IMG/VR virus record: IMGVR_UViG_3300023174_000146
Length of the DNA: 20,000 bases
Strand: one strand, 5' to 3'
From: an uncultured virus (IMG/VR IMGVR_UViG_3300023174_000146)
Taxonomy: Duplodnaviria; Heunggongvirae; Uroviricota; Caudoviricetes
In this document: positions 1 through 6,877 of the stretch, in pieces
How positions within the stretch are numbered: position 1 is the first letter of the stretch
Layout: the number at the start of each line of letters is the position of its first letter
The notes under the pieces: model-generated
Databases searched by the model: none
The model's input: the letters and a program-made list of their open reading frames with translations, nothing else
What the model was told of the DNA's origin: nothing
Made by a program: the position numbers and the translations under genes

Positions 1-705
1 CAGTGCAGTGTTATACACAAGAAATTTACCCAAGCGCATACTCGCATAAGTGCCGTCGCCCATGTTAGTGATATCATCCGCTGCAATCGTATAGTAGATC
101 CCAGCGCCGCCCTCGATCGGGTTCTGTCTCGAGAAGGTATTAGTGCCAGCCGGCGCACCGTTAACGTATGCACGAAGGGTGGTGCCATCATACACAATCA
201 TGAAGTGGTACCAGTTGTTTAAGGGAGTGGCAACTGTGGATGTGATGCTGCTAATTGATGTGCCGTTCCACATGCCGAACTTTATTGTGCCGGCCACCAT
301 CTCCATGGTGGCATTATGCCACCCGGCAGCGTTGGGAAGCGCTGAAGTTCCAACCTCTGAGAGCAGCACGCCGTTATCCATTGGATACGCCCACATTGAG
401 ATCGAGGTGATGTCGGTGGTGACCTTAGCGGCGAGTGAGGTGTTCGTAATTAGAACATCGTTAGAGCCATCGAAGGTGAGGTACCCACTGCTGTATGTGG
501 GACCGTTGTAGAGCGTGGCATTGCTGTTGGCTACCAGATCAGTAACGGTGGCTCCGCTGCCTGGATAGGAATCAGTGTTGCCGATATCATAATGAAGCAC
601 GAGGCCGGCTGCAACGATTTCAGCCGGCGGAGTATAGAATCCGGCACTAAATCCCCCAGAGCCGAGGTTACCTGTCCTAAAACCCTGACCGAATCCAGAG
701 GGCAT
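1..705 (-). CDS. LamG / concanavalin A-like lectin-domain protein, probably virion/tail-associated (3' end runs off the window; absent from the ORF track)
   Basis: Translated by hand from ATG at 705: MPSGFGQGF...GLVLHYDIGNTDSYPGSGATVTDL...YLTFDGSND...SISMWAYP...NNWYHFMIVYDGTTLRAYVNG...LGKFLVYNTAL. Open to base 1, with typical LamG_3 motifs. Confidence 0.85.
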   Translation of the reverse strand, partial: MPSGFGQGFRTGNLGSGGFSAGFYTPPAEIVAAGLVLHYDIGNTDSYPGSGATVTDLVANSNATLYNGPTYSSGYLTFDGSNDVLITNTSLAAKVTTDITSISMWAYPMDNGVLLSEVGTSALPNAAGWHNATMEMVAGTIKFGMWNGTSISSITSTVATPLNNWYHFMIVYDGTTLRAYVNGAPAGTNTFSRQNPIEGGAGIYYTIAADDITNMGDGTYASMRLGKFLVYNTAL

Positions 706-707
706 GA

Positions 708-1094
708 TCAACCCACGCCCTGATATCCGTTTGATCCTGTGAGTGTCAAGAAGTTCTTGACTGGAACGTATGTGAGACCTGCAACCACCGTGTATGTGGG
801 TGCTCCAGCACTTCCAGATAGGAATATTTTATCTGTTCTAAGCTCAGCAGAGAAAGACTCTGAACCGCTTAAGTAAAAATAATTTGAATTTGCAGTCTTG
901 AGACCGTTCTCGGTAAATGCTACAGACAGGACTGAGCTCGTAGGCCCAGTGTTTTTTATTACTAAAAACCTCGATACAAGGTTAAAACTTAGCTCCTTGA
1001 CCTGTCCTAGTGCGATATTTGATGATATGACAAACGGAACTGCTGAAATTTGATATGCGGGTGTGTAATTCTCACCGACGAATGGCGTGTTCAT
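708..1094 (-). CDS. Hypothetical beta-rich protein, probably virion structural (128 aa)
   Basis: Clean ORF with AGGA SD 7 nt before the ATG. Rich in Ser/Gly/Thr and beta-strand-like. Lies directly upstream of the LamG gene and is preceded by an ATATTTA motif. Confidence 0.65.
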   Translation of the reverse strand: MNTPFVGENYTPAYQISAVPFVISSNIALGQVKELSFNLVSRFLVIKNTGPTSSVLSVAFTENGLKTANSNYFYLSGSESFSAELRTDKIFLSGSAGAPTYTVVAGLTYVPVKNFLTLTGSNGYQGVG

Positions 1095-1097
1095 TTG

Positions 1098-1146
1098 GTC
1101 TTCCTGTCAATGCGGTCTCGCAATAAATATCACCGCGACAGAAGAC
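1098..1146 (-). promoter_or_regulatory. RBS-sequestering hairpin with putative late promoter (ATATTTA, 1124-1130) in its loop
   Basis: mRNA reads GUCUUCUGUC-GCGGU-[GAUAUUUAUUGCGAG]-ACCGC-AUU-GACAGGAAGAC-CAA-AUG. The arms pair (about 15 bp) and cover the AGGA SD. Confidence 0.65.
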
Positions 1147-1160
1147 GTTAAAGAAATTTC

Positions 1161-2387
1161 TCAGCGATCGTTTCGGAAACACTTGAAAGTTGGAAAGCGA
1201 AGTGAACCATCAGGTGTGACCTCCTGGTACCTCACCTCGATCACTCGACCGAGGAAGGACGCCTGATCAGACCAGATCTGCTCTCGCAGAGAGTCATTAA
1301 AACCAGAGCCCACCTGAACCTGGACGCCCTCGTATGTCACAAGGACAGACCCCAACTTCCCCTCGTGCTTTCCTGTGCCCTCGATAAAGCCATCAATGCT
1401 AAGATCAGCGTCATAGAAAGCCTTAAGCTTCATGACTTCAAACCCACGACCAAACAGGTAAGACGCATCAATATCCTTCACCATCGCGCCCTCATACCCC
1501 TCAGATACAAACTTATCGTGAAGTGCCTTGATGCGATCGTAGCTGGCGGGAACTGTGTGTCGAGGAACGACTCGAATCCACTTGACATCATTCTTGACCC
1601 GAGAGGTAAGAGCAGAGTACCTCGCAGAGCAGCTCAGAATGGTCTCCTTGCTGTCCCATTCATTAAGAGGTAGGAAATCAAATAGGGCAAGGTAGGTGTC
1701 TTGGATGTCAACGTCGTCCTTCCTGTAGGCCTGCTGCATAAGTGCAGTGAAATCCTTGCCCATGATCTCACCGTCGTAGCATCCGTCGCCGAGGGTGATG
1801 AGCTCAGCACCGATAGTGCTGTCGAAGTTGGTGATCTGCTTTCCGCTACGAGCAAACAGTGTTGCCGCACCGTTTCGAACGACAGCGAAGCAGCGAATTC
1901 CATCAAGCTTGGGCTCAACTGCGACGGACTTTCGACCAAAAATCCGCTTATCCTCGAACTTCTGGGCTAGCTGAACTTCAAAGGTTGGGACAAGGCCGGG
2001 AATAGCCTTGTTGATGGTCTTCTCGGAAGCGCCAATTGCCATGTGCTTCTTGAGAATCTTTCGCATCCACGTCTCCTCTGTCTCAGAGGCAGAGCATAGT
2101 GCAGTGTGGAGGAGATCAACGGCCGCGTTTCCTGTCACCTTTCTTGCAGCGCACTGATCAGCTGCTTCAAAGAAGGCATTCCAACGATCCTCCTCTTGAT
2201 GCTTGACAGATCGGAGGACCTTGGTGACAGCAGGAACCTTCACAACGTGAAACGGTGTGAATGGATCGTGACCCATTCGAAGGGCCTTCACGAGGATGCT
2301 GTTTCCTCTGTTCTGTCTGAGAATCTCAAGCTTCTCATTCGTGCCAGAAGCGTTCTGAACTCTCTCAAGAATATCACACACCAACAT
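1161..2387 (-). CDS. lig: ATP-dependent DNA ligase (phage T4-like, with N-terminal helical domain)
   Basis: Motif I EPKLDGIR, III YDGEI, IIIa LFDFL, IV EGAMVK, V MKLK; OB-fold with VGSGF, EVRYQE and motif VI LRFPTF. Confidence 0.95.
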   Translation of the reverse strand: MLVCDILERVQNASGTNEKLEILRQNRGNSILVKALRMGHDPFTPFHVVKVPAVTKVLRSVKHQEEDRWNAFFEAADQCAARKVTGNAAVDLLHTALCSASETEETWMRKILKKHMAIGASEKTINKAIPGLVPTFEVQLAQKFEDKRIFGRKSVAVEPKLDGIRCFAVVRNGAATLFARSGKQITNFDSTIGAELITLGDGCYDGEIMGKDFTALMQQAYRKDDVDIQDTYLALFDFLPLNEWDSKETILSCSARYSALTSRVKNDVKWIRVVPRHTVPASYDRIKALHDKFVSEGYEGAMVKDIDASYLFGRGFEVMKLKAFYDADLSIDGFIEGTGKHEGKLGSVLVTYEGVQVQVGSGFNDSLREQIWSDQASFLGRVIEVRYQEVTPDGSLRFPTFKCFRNDR

Positions 2388-2395
2388 AATGCACC

Positions 2396-2674
2396 TCAGG
2401 AAATGACGCCACTGTACTCTTTGAATGCTTCAAGTGATGCTTCACGTGCAGACTTTCCTTCTAAGAGGGTCTCGTGAGTCGTGTGCCAGTACTCAGCATC
2501 TACCTCTCGAATTCCGCAGGTCCTCCACCAGTGGCCCCAATTGAAAGCAACCTTGTGCGTTGCATCCTTCTCACTGAGTGCTGCCACAAATCTAACGTGG
2601 CCACCAAAGTCCCGCTTCTCGGTTTGATCCTTGAAAAGGTATATCTCAAATAGTTTCATCTTGAAATCAACCAT
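2396..2674 (-). CDS. Hypothetical protein (92 aa, Trp-rich)
   Basis: ORF with TAGGAG SD and upstream promoter-like sequence; first gene before the ligase. Confidence 0.7.
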   Translation of the reverse strand: MVDFKMKLFEIYLFKDQTEKRDFGGHVRFVAALSEKDATHKVAFNWGHWWRTCGIREVDAEYWHTTHETLLEGKSAREASLEAFKEYSGVIS

Positions 2675-2694
2675 ATCATCTCCTACGCTATAGG

Positions 2695-2723
2695 ATAATA
2701 AACGGCTCTTTAAAATATTACAC
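2695..2723 (-). promoter_or_regulatory. Putative sigma-type promoter GTGTAA-N17-TATTAT
   Basis: Read on the minus strand in the 62-bp gap upstream of the 2674 ORF; exact 17-bp spacer. Confidence 0.55.
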
Positions 2724-2736
2724 GAACAGCTTGCAT

Positions 2737-3762
2737 TTACAATCCAAGTTCTCTCAAAGACTCAAGGGCCTTGCGCTGATCATCACTTACTTTCTTTGGC
2801 ATCGCAATATTGAGCACTGCGACGTGATCACCGTGGACCTTTGTTGTGAGATTGTAAGTGCCCTTCTTGTAGATTCTGACTGTGTCGCCATTTTGAGTTC
2901 CCGGAGGGACCTCAATCTCTTCCTGTCCGTGAACTGTCAGAACGTTTAACTTTCCGCCGAGGATGGCAGTGGTAAGCTTTACCTCAATGTTTGAGACAAT
3001 ATTGGATCCCTGGCGTTGAAATCTATGGCTAGGAGCGACCTTGACATGGAGGTAGAGATCACCTGTTCCTGTGGGTGTGCAGTGTCCTTGGCCTGCAACC
3101 CTCACTACATTTCCAGTGTCAACTCCTGCAGGTATCTTAACTGTTAGGGTGTAGTCCTTCTTGACCCACTTCCTGCCACTGCAGGCATCACAAACATACC
3201 TGTAGTATGTTCCTTTTCCATCGCATCCGCCGCAGTTTGAAGCGAACACCATGTTGCCACGTTGGACACGAATATTTCCTGAGCCGTTGCACTGGACACA
3301 GCGTTCAGGTTCCACACCCTCGGGAACTCCTTTGCCGCTGCACTTTTCACAGATGAATTTCTTCTCAAACTTAACTTCGTGATCGCATCCTTTGACAGCA
3401 TTGTCAAATTGAATAACAACCTGCATCTCAGCATTCTCAGACTGAGGCGCATCATTTCGAGGACGTGACTTTGTACCCTGTGCTGTCCACTTTCCGCCAA
3501 AGAAGCTATTGAACATTTCATTCAGATCAAAATCTGAAGATGTCTTGTAGTGGACAGAAGTGTCAAATGTCCTACGCTTGTCAGGGTCCTTTATGGACTC
3601 ATAAGCTTCATTGACCTGTTTAAACTTTTCTTCAGCTTCAGCGCTGCCTTTGTTCCTGTCGGGATGGAACTTCATTGCGAGCTGTCTGTAGGCAGCTTTT
3701 ATATCCTTGTCTGAAGCATCCCTTGGAACGCCCAGTACCTCATACGGATTGGACTTCGACAT
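2737..3762 (-). CDS. dnaJ: DnaJ (Hsp40, class A) co-chaperone
   Basis: J-domain with HPD motif; four zinc-finger repeats [24 protein letters not shown] and CDACSGRK; C-terminal [14 protein letters not shown] and PPGTQNG motifs. The G/F-rich linker is short. Confidence 0.95.
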   Translation of the reverse strand: MSKSNPYEVLGVPRDASDKDIKAAYRQLAMKFHPDRNKGSAEAEEKFKQVNEAYESIKDPDKRRTFDTSVHYKTSSDFDLNEMFNSFFGGKWTAQGTKSRPRNDAPQSENAEMQVVIQFDNAVKGCDHEVKFEKKFICEKCSGKGVPEGVEPERCVQCNGSGNIRVQRGNMVFASNCGGCDGKGTYYRYVCDACSGRKWVKKDYTLTVKIPAGVDTGNVVRVAGQGHCTPTGTGDLYLHVKVAPSHRFQRQGSNIVSNIEVKLTTAILGGKLNVLTVHGQEEIEVPPGTQNGDTVRIYKKGTYNLTTKVHGDHVAVLNIAMPKKVSDDQRKALESLRELGL

Positions 3763-3794
3763 ATTCTATTCCAAGGGATGCTTGACAATAAGAC

Positions 3795-4472
3795 TCAGGA
3801 GTGCTGCTGGCGCTTTCCTGTCATGCCCTTTGGCTTTGCGCTTACATTTTCATTCTTGTTCTGACGATAACGCTTAAGAGCTGCAGGTCCCTTTAGATCG
3901 AGAATATCCTGCTGCTTCTTGAGCTCCTTTGCACGCTCAACATTTGTCTCGATCTTCTTGATCTTCTTGAGAACCATTGCCTTCTCGAGCTTTCCAAGAT
4001 GATCGATGTAAAGCACGCCCTCGAGGTGATCAAGCTCGTGCTGCAGAATACCTGAAAGCGGCCACGTGAGATCGATTTGAGCCTCAGCACCATCGTGCCG
4101 CTTGTACTTGACTGTGCATGATGTGCTTCTACTGACTGTGCCAAATGCTCCTGGAACAGACAAGCACCCCTCCTGCCACCGCTCGCAAGCACTGTGCTTG
4201 GTCACAATTTCAGGGTTAACAAGAACAAAATGATTCGCATCAGTCCAAGAAGACTCATCCGGGTTCACACAGTCAAAAACACCTGCCTTGACAACAATGA
4301 CTCTCTTTTGTACGCCAACCTGCGGTGCTGCAAGGCCCACACCTCCCTGGACTTCAAGCGTGTCTACCATGTCAGCGATAAGTGTCTGTAGATCAGCACC
4401 AAAATCATCAACAGGGCTTGAAACTAACTTGAGCTGAGGATCTGGATAGCTGAGAACTCTTCTATTTGTCAT
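3795..4472 (-). CDS. def: Peptide deformylase with long basic C-terminal extension
   Basis: All three PDF motifs are present: GVGLAAPQVG, EGCLS and QHELDHLEG. Confidence 0.95.
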   Translation of the reverse strand: MTNRRVLSYPDPQLKLVSSPVDDFGADLQTLIADMVDTLEVQGGVGLAAPQVGVQKRVIVVKAGVFDCVNPDESSWTDANHFVLVNPEIVTKHSACERWQEGCLSVPGAFGTVSRSTSCTVKYKRHDGAEAQIDLTWPLSGILQHELDHLEGVLYIDHLGKLEKAMVLKKIKKIETNVERAKELKKQQDILDLKGPAALKRYRQNKNENVSAKPKGMTGKRQQHS

Positions 4473-4473
4473 G

Positions 4474-4716
4474 TCAGGCCCCTACGCAGATCTTGTCCTC
4501 TACTGCGTCGAGGATCTCATCTAGTGACTCATCAGAAGTCTGAGCTAGCTTTGCCTTGATTCTGGCAATCTTCAGCGCTGCGTTGAAGACCTTTAAATCA
4601 ATCTTGTCCTTGTACTCATCAAGGACTTCCTTGCGGTTCTCCTGCAGCGTCTTGATCTCGTGCTCCATATCGAGAATCTTCTCAACGAGTTCGTGAATCG
4701 TTTCCTTGTCAGTCAT
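4474..4716 (-). CDS. Small helical DNA-binding protein, GapR/DUF2312- or T4 DsbA-like
   Basis: Pattern 'LVEKILDMEHEIKTLQENRKEVLDEYKDKIDLKVFNAALKIAR' resembles the DUF2312 pattern (IERIERLEEE...IKEVY..AK..GFD.K.LR..IRLR). Recognised by eye. Confidence 0.6.
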   Translation of the reverse strand: MTDKETIHELVEKILDMEHEIKTLQENRKEVLDEYKDKIDLKVFNAALKIARIKAKLAQTSDESLDEILDAVEDKICVGA

Positions 4717-4942
4717 CTTTATCTTTCCTGCTCTTTCTATTGTTTTTCTTATTTGTCTGCTCTGAAGATCTTAGAGTCTGCGTGTATCTAGTAATGTAGA
4801 TTCCGCACCAACAAATGATGCTAGTTAGAAAATTTAACGTTGCTGCATTTGTGTCATGTCTAAAGAATAAATTGAATGCTATCATCGCTGTGTTTAAAAT
4901 AATGATGCATCCAAAAAGAAATTTCTTTAATTCAGGACTCAA
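4709..4942 (-). CDS. Small membrane protein, two predicted TM helices and a basic C-tail (77 aa)
   Basis: Hydrophobic stretches FLFGCIIILNTAMIAFNLFF and LNFLTSIICWCGIYI; tail NKKNNRKSRKDKDD. TTG start; exactly fills the gap between its neighbours. Confidence 0.6.
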   Translation of the reverse strand: MSPELKKFLFGCIIILNTAMIAFNLFFRHDTNAATLNFLTSIICWCGIYITRYTQTLRSSEQTNKKNNRKSRKDKDD

Positions 4943-4944
4943 AG

Positions 4945-5436
4945 TCAGCCCTTATTCTTCTTCTTCTTGGTCTTGTATCTCACGTCTTCCTGCTTCTGTG
5001 GGATCAGGGAAGACATGTTTACTGTTGATCTTGTCTCATCATTGACGCCTGCAAGCCAGACGGTTGCAATGAGAGGTGCAGTCTGTGGTTCATCTGAGAT
5101 ATTTGAAAGAACGGGTGCGTCAGGCACACTTGATGTAAGCGGTGCATCAACCACGACCTGTGGAGGTCGCTCCTCTTTCTCGATTTCAAGTGAAGCCTCT
5201 ACTGGAGCATCAGCCACACTTTGTGATGCACAATCGTCTGAAACGATTGGTGTCTTACTCACTTTGCTGTTTCTTACTTCGGTTTCAAATTGAAACTCGG
5301 TGATTGGATTGATTCCAAATTTATCACAGTAAGCTACATAACTGTTATAATCAGTGATCTTTCCGGTCTCTTCCAAAGACTGGACAGTGATGTGTCTTCG
5401 CTTGCTGTATAGGTTCCAGCTAACTCTCTTAGTCAT
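4945..5436 (-). CDS. Hypothetical protein with small folded N-terminal part and low-complexity P/V/S/E-rich C-half
   Basis: AGGAG SD 5 nt before ATG at 5436 (preferred over the TTG at 5451); ends in KTKKKKNKG. Confidence 0.7.
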   Translation of the reverse strand: MTKRVSWNLYSKRRHITVQSLEETGKITDYNSYVAYCDKFGINPITEFQFETEVRNSKVSKTPIVSDDCASQSVADAPVEASLEIEKEERPPQVVVDAPLTSSVPDAPVLSNISDEPQTAPLIATVWLAGVNDETRSTVNMSSLIPQKQEDVRYKTKKKKNKG

Positions 5437-5447
5437 TGTGTCTCCTG

Positions 5448-5744
5448 TCAAACAATATTGCTGACACTGAGTTCATCCATGATGTCGATAACACCAGACT
5501 GAAATTCGGGGTCTTTGGCGGTCGTCATGATAGACTCTTCACAGTTATCGATCTGATACAGATCGTGAATCGGCGCTGCAATCTTCATCATAGCCTTTAG
5601 AAAGATGTTTCTAGCGGTTGCATGATTCATCTTATCACCGGACTCAGTCATCTTCTCAGCGATGCTTCTGTAGTCCATGCCACCGGGAATCTCAGTGACA
5701 GTTGCGTAGCCCTTGCGAGCCTTGAATCCCTTGGGCATGCTCAC
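5448..5744 (-). CDS. Stand-alone helix-turn-helix protein resembling sigma-70 region 4.2 (98 aa)
   Basis: GGMDYRSIAEKMTESGDKMNHATARNIFLKAMMKIA resembles the sigma4 pattern G.SY.EIA..LG.S..TV+..L.RA..KL. The GTG start overlaps the sigma stop (GTGA) and has an AAGGAG SD 8 nt upstream. Confidence 0.6.
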   Translation of the reverse strand: MSMPKGFKARKGYATVTEIPGGMDYRSIAEKMTESGDKMNHATARNIFLKAMMKIAAPIHDLYQIDNCEESIMTTAKDPEFQSGVIDIMDELSVSNIV

Positions 5745-6514
5745 TGTGCACTCTCCTTCGAAGTGACAAGACAGTCGTACTCTTCTTGTGTAATTGGATA
5801 ATTTTCGTGATCATCATCAGGCTCGCTGATGCCGAATCGAAGTCTAACAATCCTCTCCTCACGAGGAGTGAGAGTGCTTAGCGCTTGTCGCATGACACTG
5901 ATGATCTTTTGCCTGTCGAGGACATCATCGATCTCCTCAGACTCATCAGGGAGGACGTCCTTGAGCGTCTTTGATCCGCCGTCAGAACCCATGGACACAG
6001 TCTTTTCAATGGAGACTGTGGGCATCGCACAGTCGACCATTGCAATGATCATGTCATGAGAGACACCAAGCGCTTCAGCAATCTCAGCTTGAGTAGGACG
6101 CTCACCAAACTCCTCCTCGTACTCATTGATGACCTGCTGAATCTTAAACATCATGTTCTTCGCATACGCAGGCAGCTTAAACGATGCCGAGTGAGATGCG
6201 ATGTGTCGACGAACAGACTGCTTAATCCACCAGCACGCGTAAGTGGAGAACTTGAATCCACGACGCCAATCGAATCGATCAATCGCCTTGATAAGGCCAA
6301 TGCTCGACTCCTGGATTAGATCCTCCATGTCGCAGCCCTTGTTCTGGTACTGCTTGGCAATGCTGATCGCAAGACGCAGATTTGCTCGAATCATGCGATC
6401 TCGAGCACGCTTATCACCAGATTCAATCAACTTGGATAGTTCAATCTCCTGGTCGCGCGTGAGTAGATCAGTCTTGCCGACTTGCTGGAAGAAACTCTCA
6501 AGAACGTTGCTCAT
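5741..6514 (-). CDS. RNA polymerase sigma-70 family factor (RpoD/RpoS-like regions 1.2, 2, 3 and 4.1), truncated before region 4.2
   Basis: Region 1.2 LLTRDQEIEL; region 2 ANLRLAISIAKQY, DLIQE, FDWRRGFKFSTYACWWIKQ; region 3 RPTQAEIAEALGVS; region 4.1 LTPREERIVRLRFGI. No TRERIRQIE-like helix follows. GGAG SD before ATG at 6514. Confidence 0.92.
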   Translation of the reverse strand: MSNVLESFFQQVGKTDLLTRDQEIELSKLIESGDKRARDRMIRANLRLAISIAKQYQNKGCDMEDLIQESSIGLIKAIDRFDWRRGFKFSTYACWWIKQSVRRHIASHSASFKLPAYAKNMMFKIQQVINEYEEEFGERPTQAEIAEALGVSHDMIIAMVDCAMPTVSIEKTVSMGSDGGSKTLKDVLPDESEEIDDVLDRQKIISVMRQALSTLTPREERIVRLRFGISEPDDDHENYPITQEEYDCLVTSKESAQ

Positions 6515-6542
6515 CAAATTCTCCGTGGTGTAGAGCTGTGTT

Positions 6543-6812
6543 TCAGGCGTCCTTGTGGTTCATGTAGCTCTTAGAACGTCGCGTAATCTCATCCTGGATG
6601 TAGCACAACTCAACCTCGTACTTGTGGGTCTTCTCATTCTTTGAACGAAGGCTGTTGATGTGCTTGTTGAGCGATCGCTCGCTCGTCTTGAGATCGTGAT
6701 CAGAGAGGCTCTCAAGTAGTGTACGAGTGTAACACACATTCACAAATTCAAAAGTATCCTCCTCATCGGTGAGGCGGTTGGAGGTGGAAACACTTGCATT
6801 TCTATTGCTCAT
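6543..6812 (-). CDS. Hypothetical helical protein (89 aa), first gene of the sigma operon
   Basis: TAGGAG SD; coiled-coil-like C-half ending YEVELCYIQDEITRR. Confidence 0.72.
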   Translation of the reverse strand: MSNRNASVSTSNRLTDEEDTFEFVNVCYTRTLLESLSDHDLKTSERSLNKHINSLRSKNEKTHKYEVELCYIQDEITRRSKSYMNHKDA

Positions 6813-6843
6813 TCGAATCTCCTAGTTACCGGGTTACTCAATC

Positions 6844-6877
6844 AATTTATCACATCTGATCGTGCTTTGCACGATCA
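6844..6877 (-). promoter_or_regulatory. Putative promoter GTGCAA-N17-TAAATT overlapped by a perfect 9-bp inverted repeat
   Basis: -10 at 6844-6849 and -35 at 6867-6872. The inverted repeat TGATCGTGC-TTT-GCACGATCA lies at 6857-6877. Confidence 0.55.

Noticed and set aside
143..511. 122-aa + strand ORF in the ORF track
   Set aside because: It is the antisense shadow of the LamG gene at 1..705 (-), which has clear family motifs.
5741..5830. Sequencing error or programmed frameshift fusing sigma to the downstream HTH ORF
   Set aside because: The downstream gene has its own AAGGAG SD and a GTGA coupling overlap. Its frame is closed by TGA TGA TGA about 70 nt upstream, and no slippery heptamer is evident. 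Two genes is the simpler reading, though reads should be checked.
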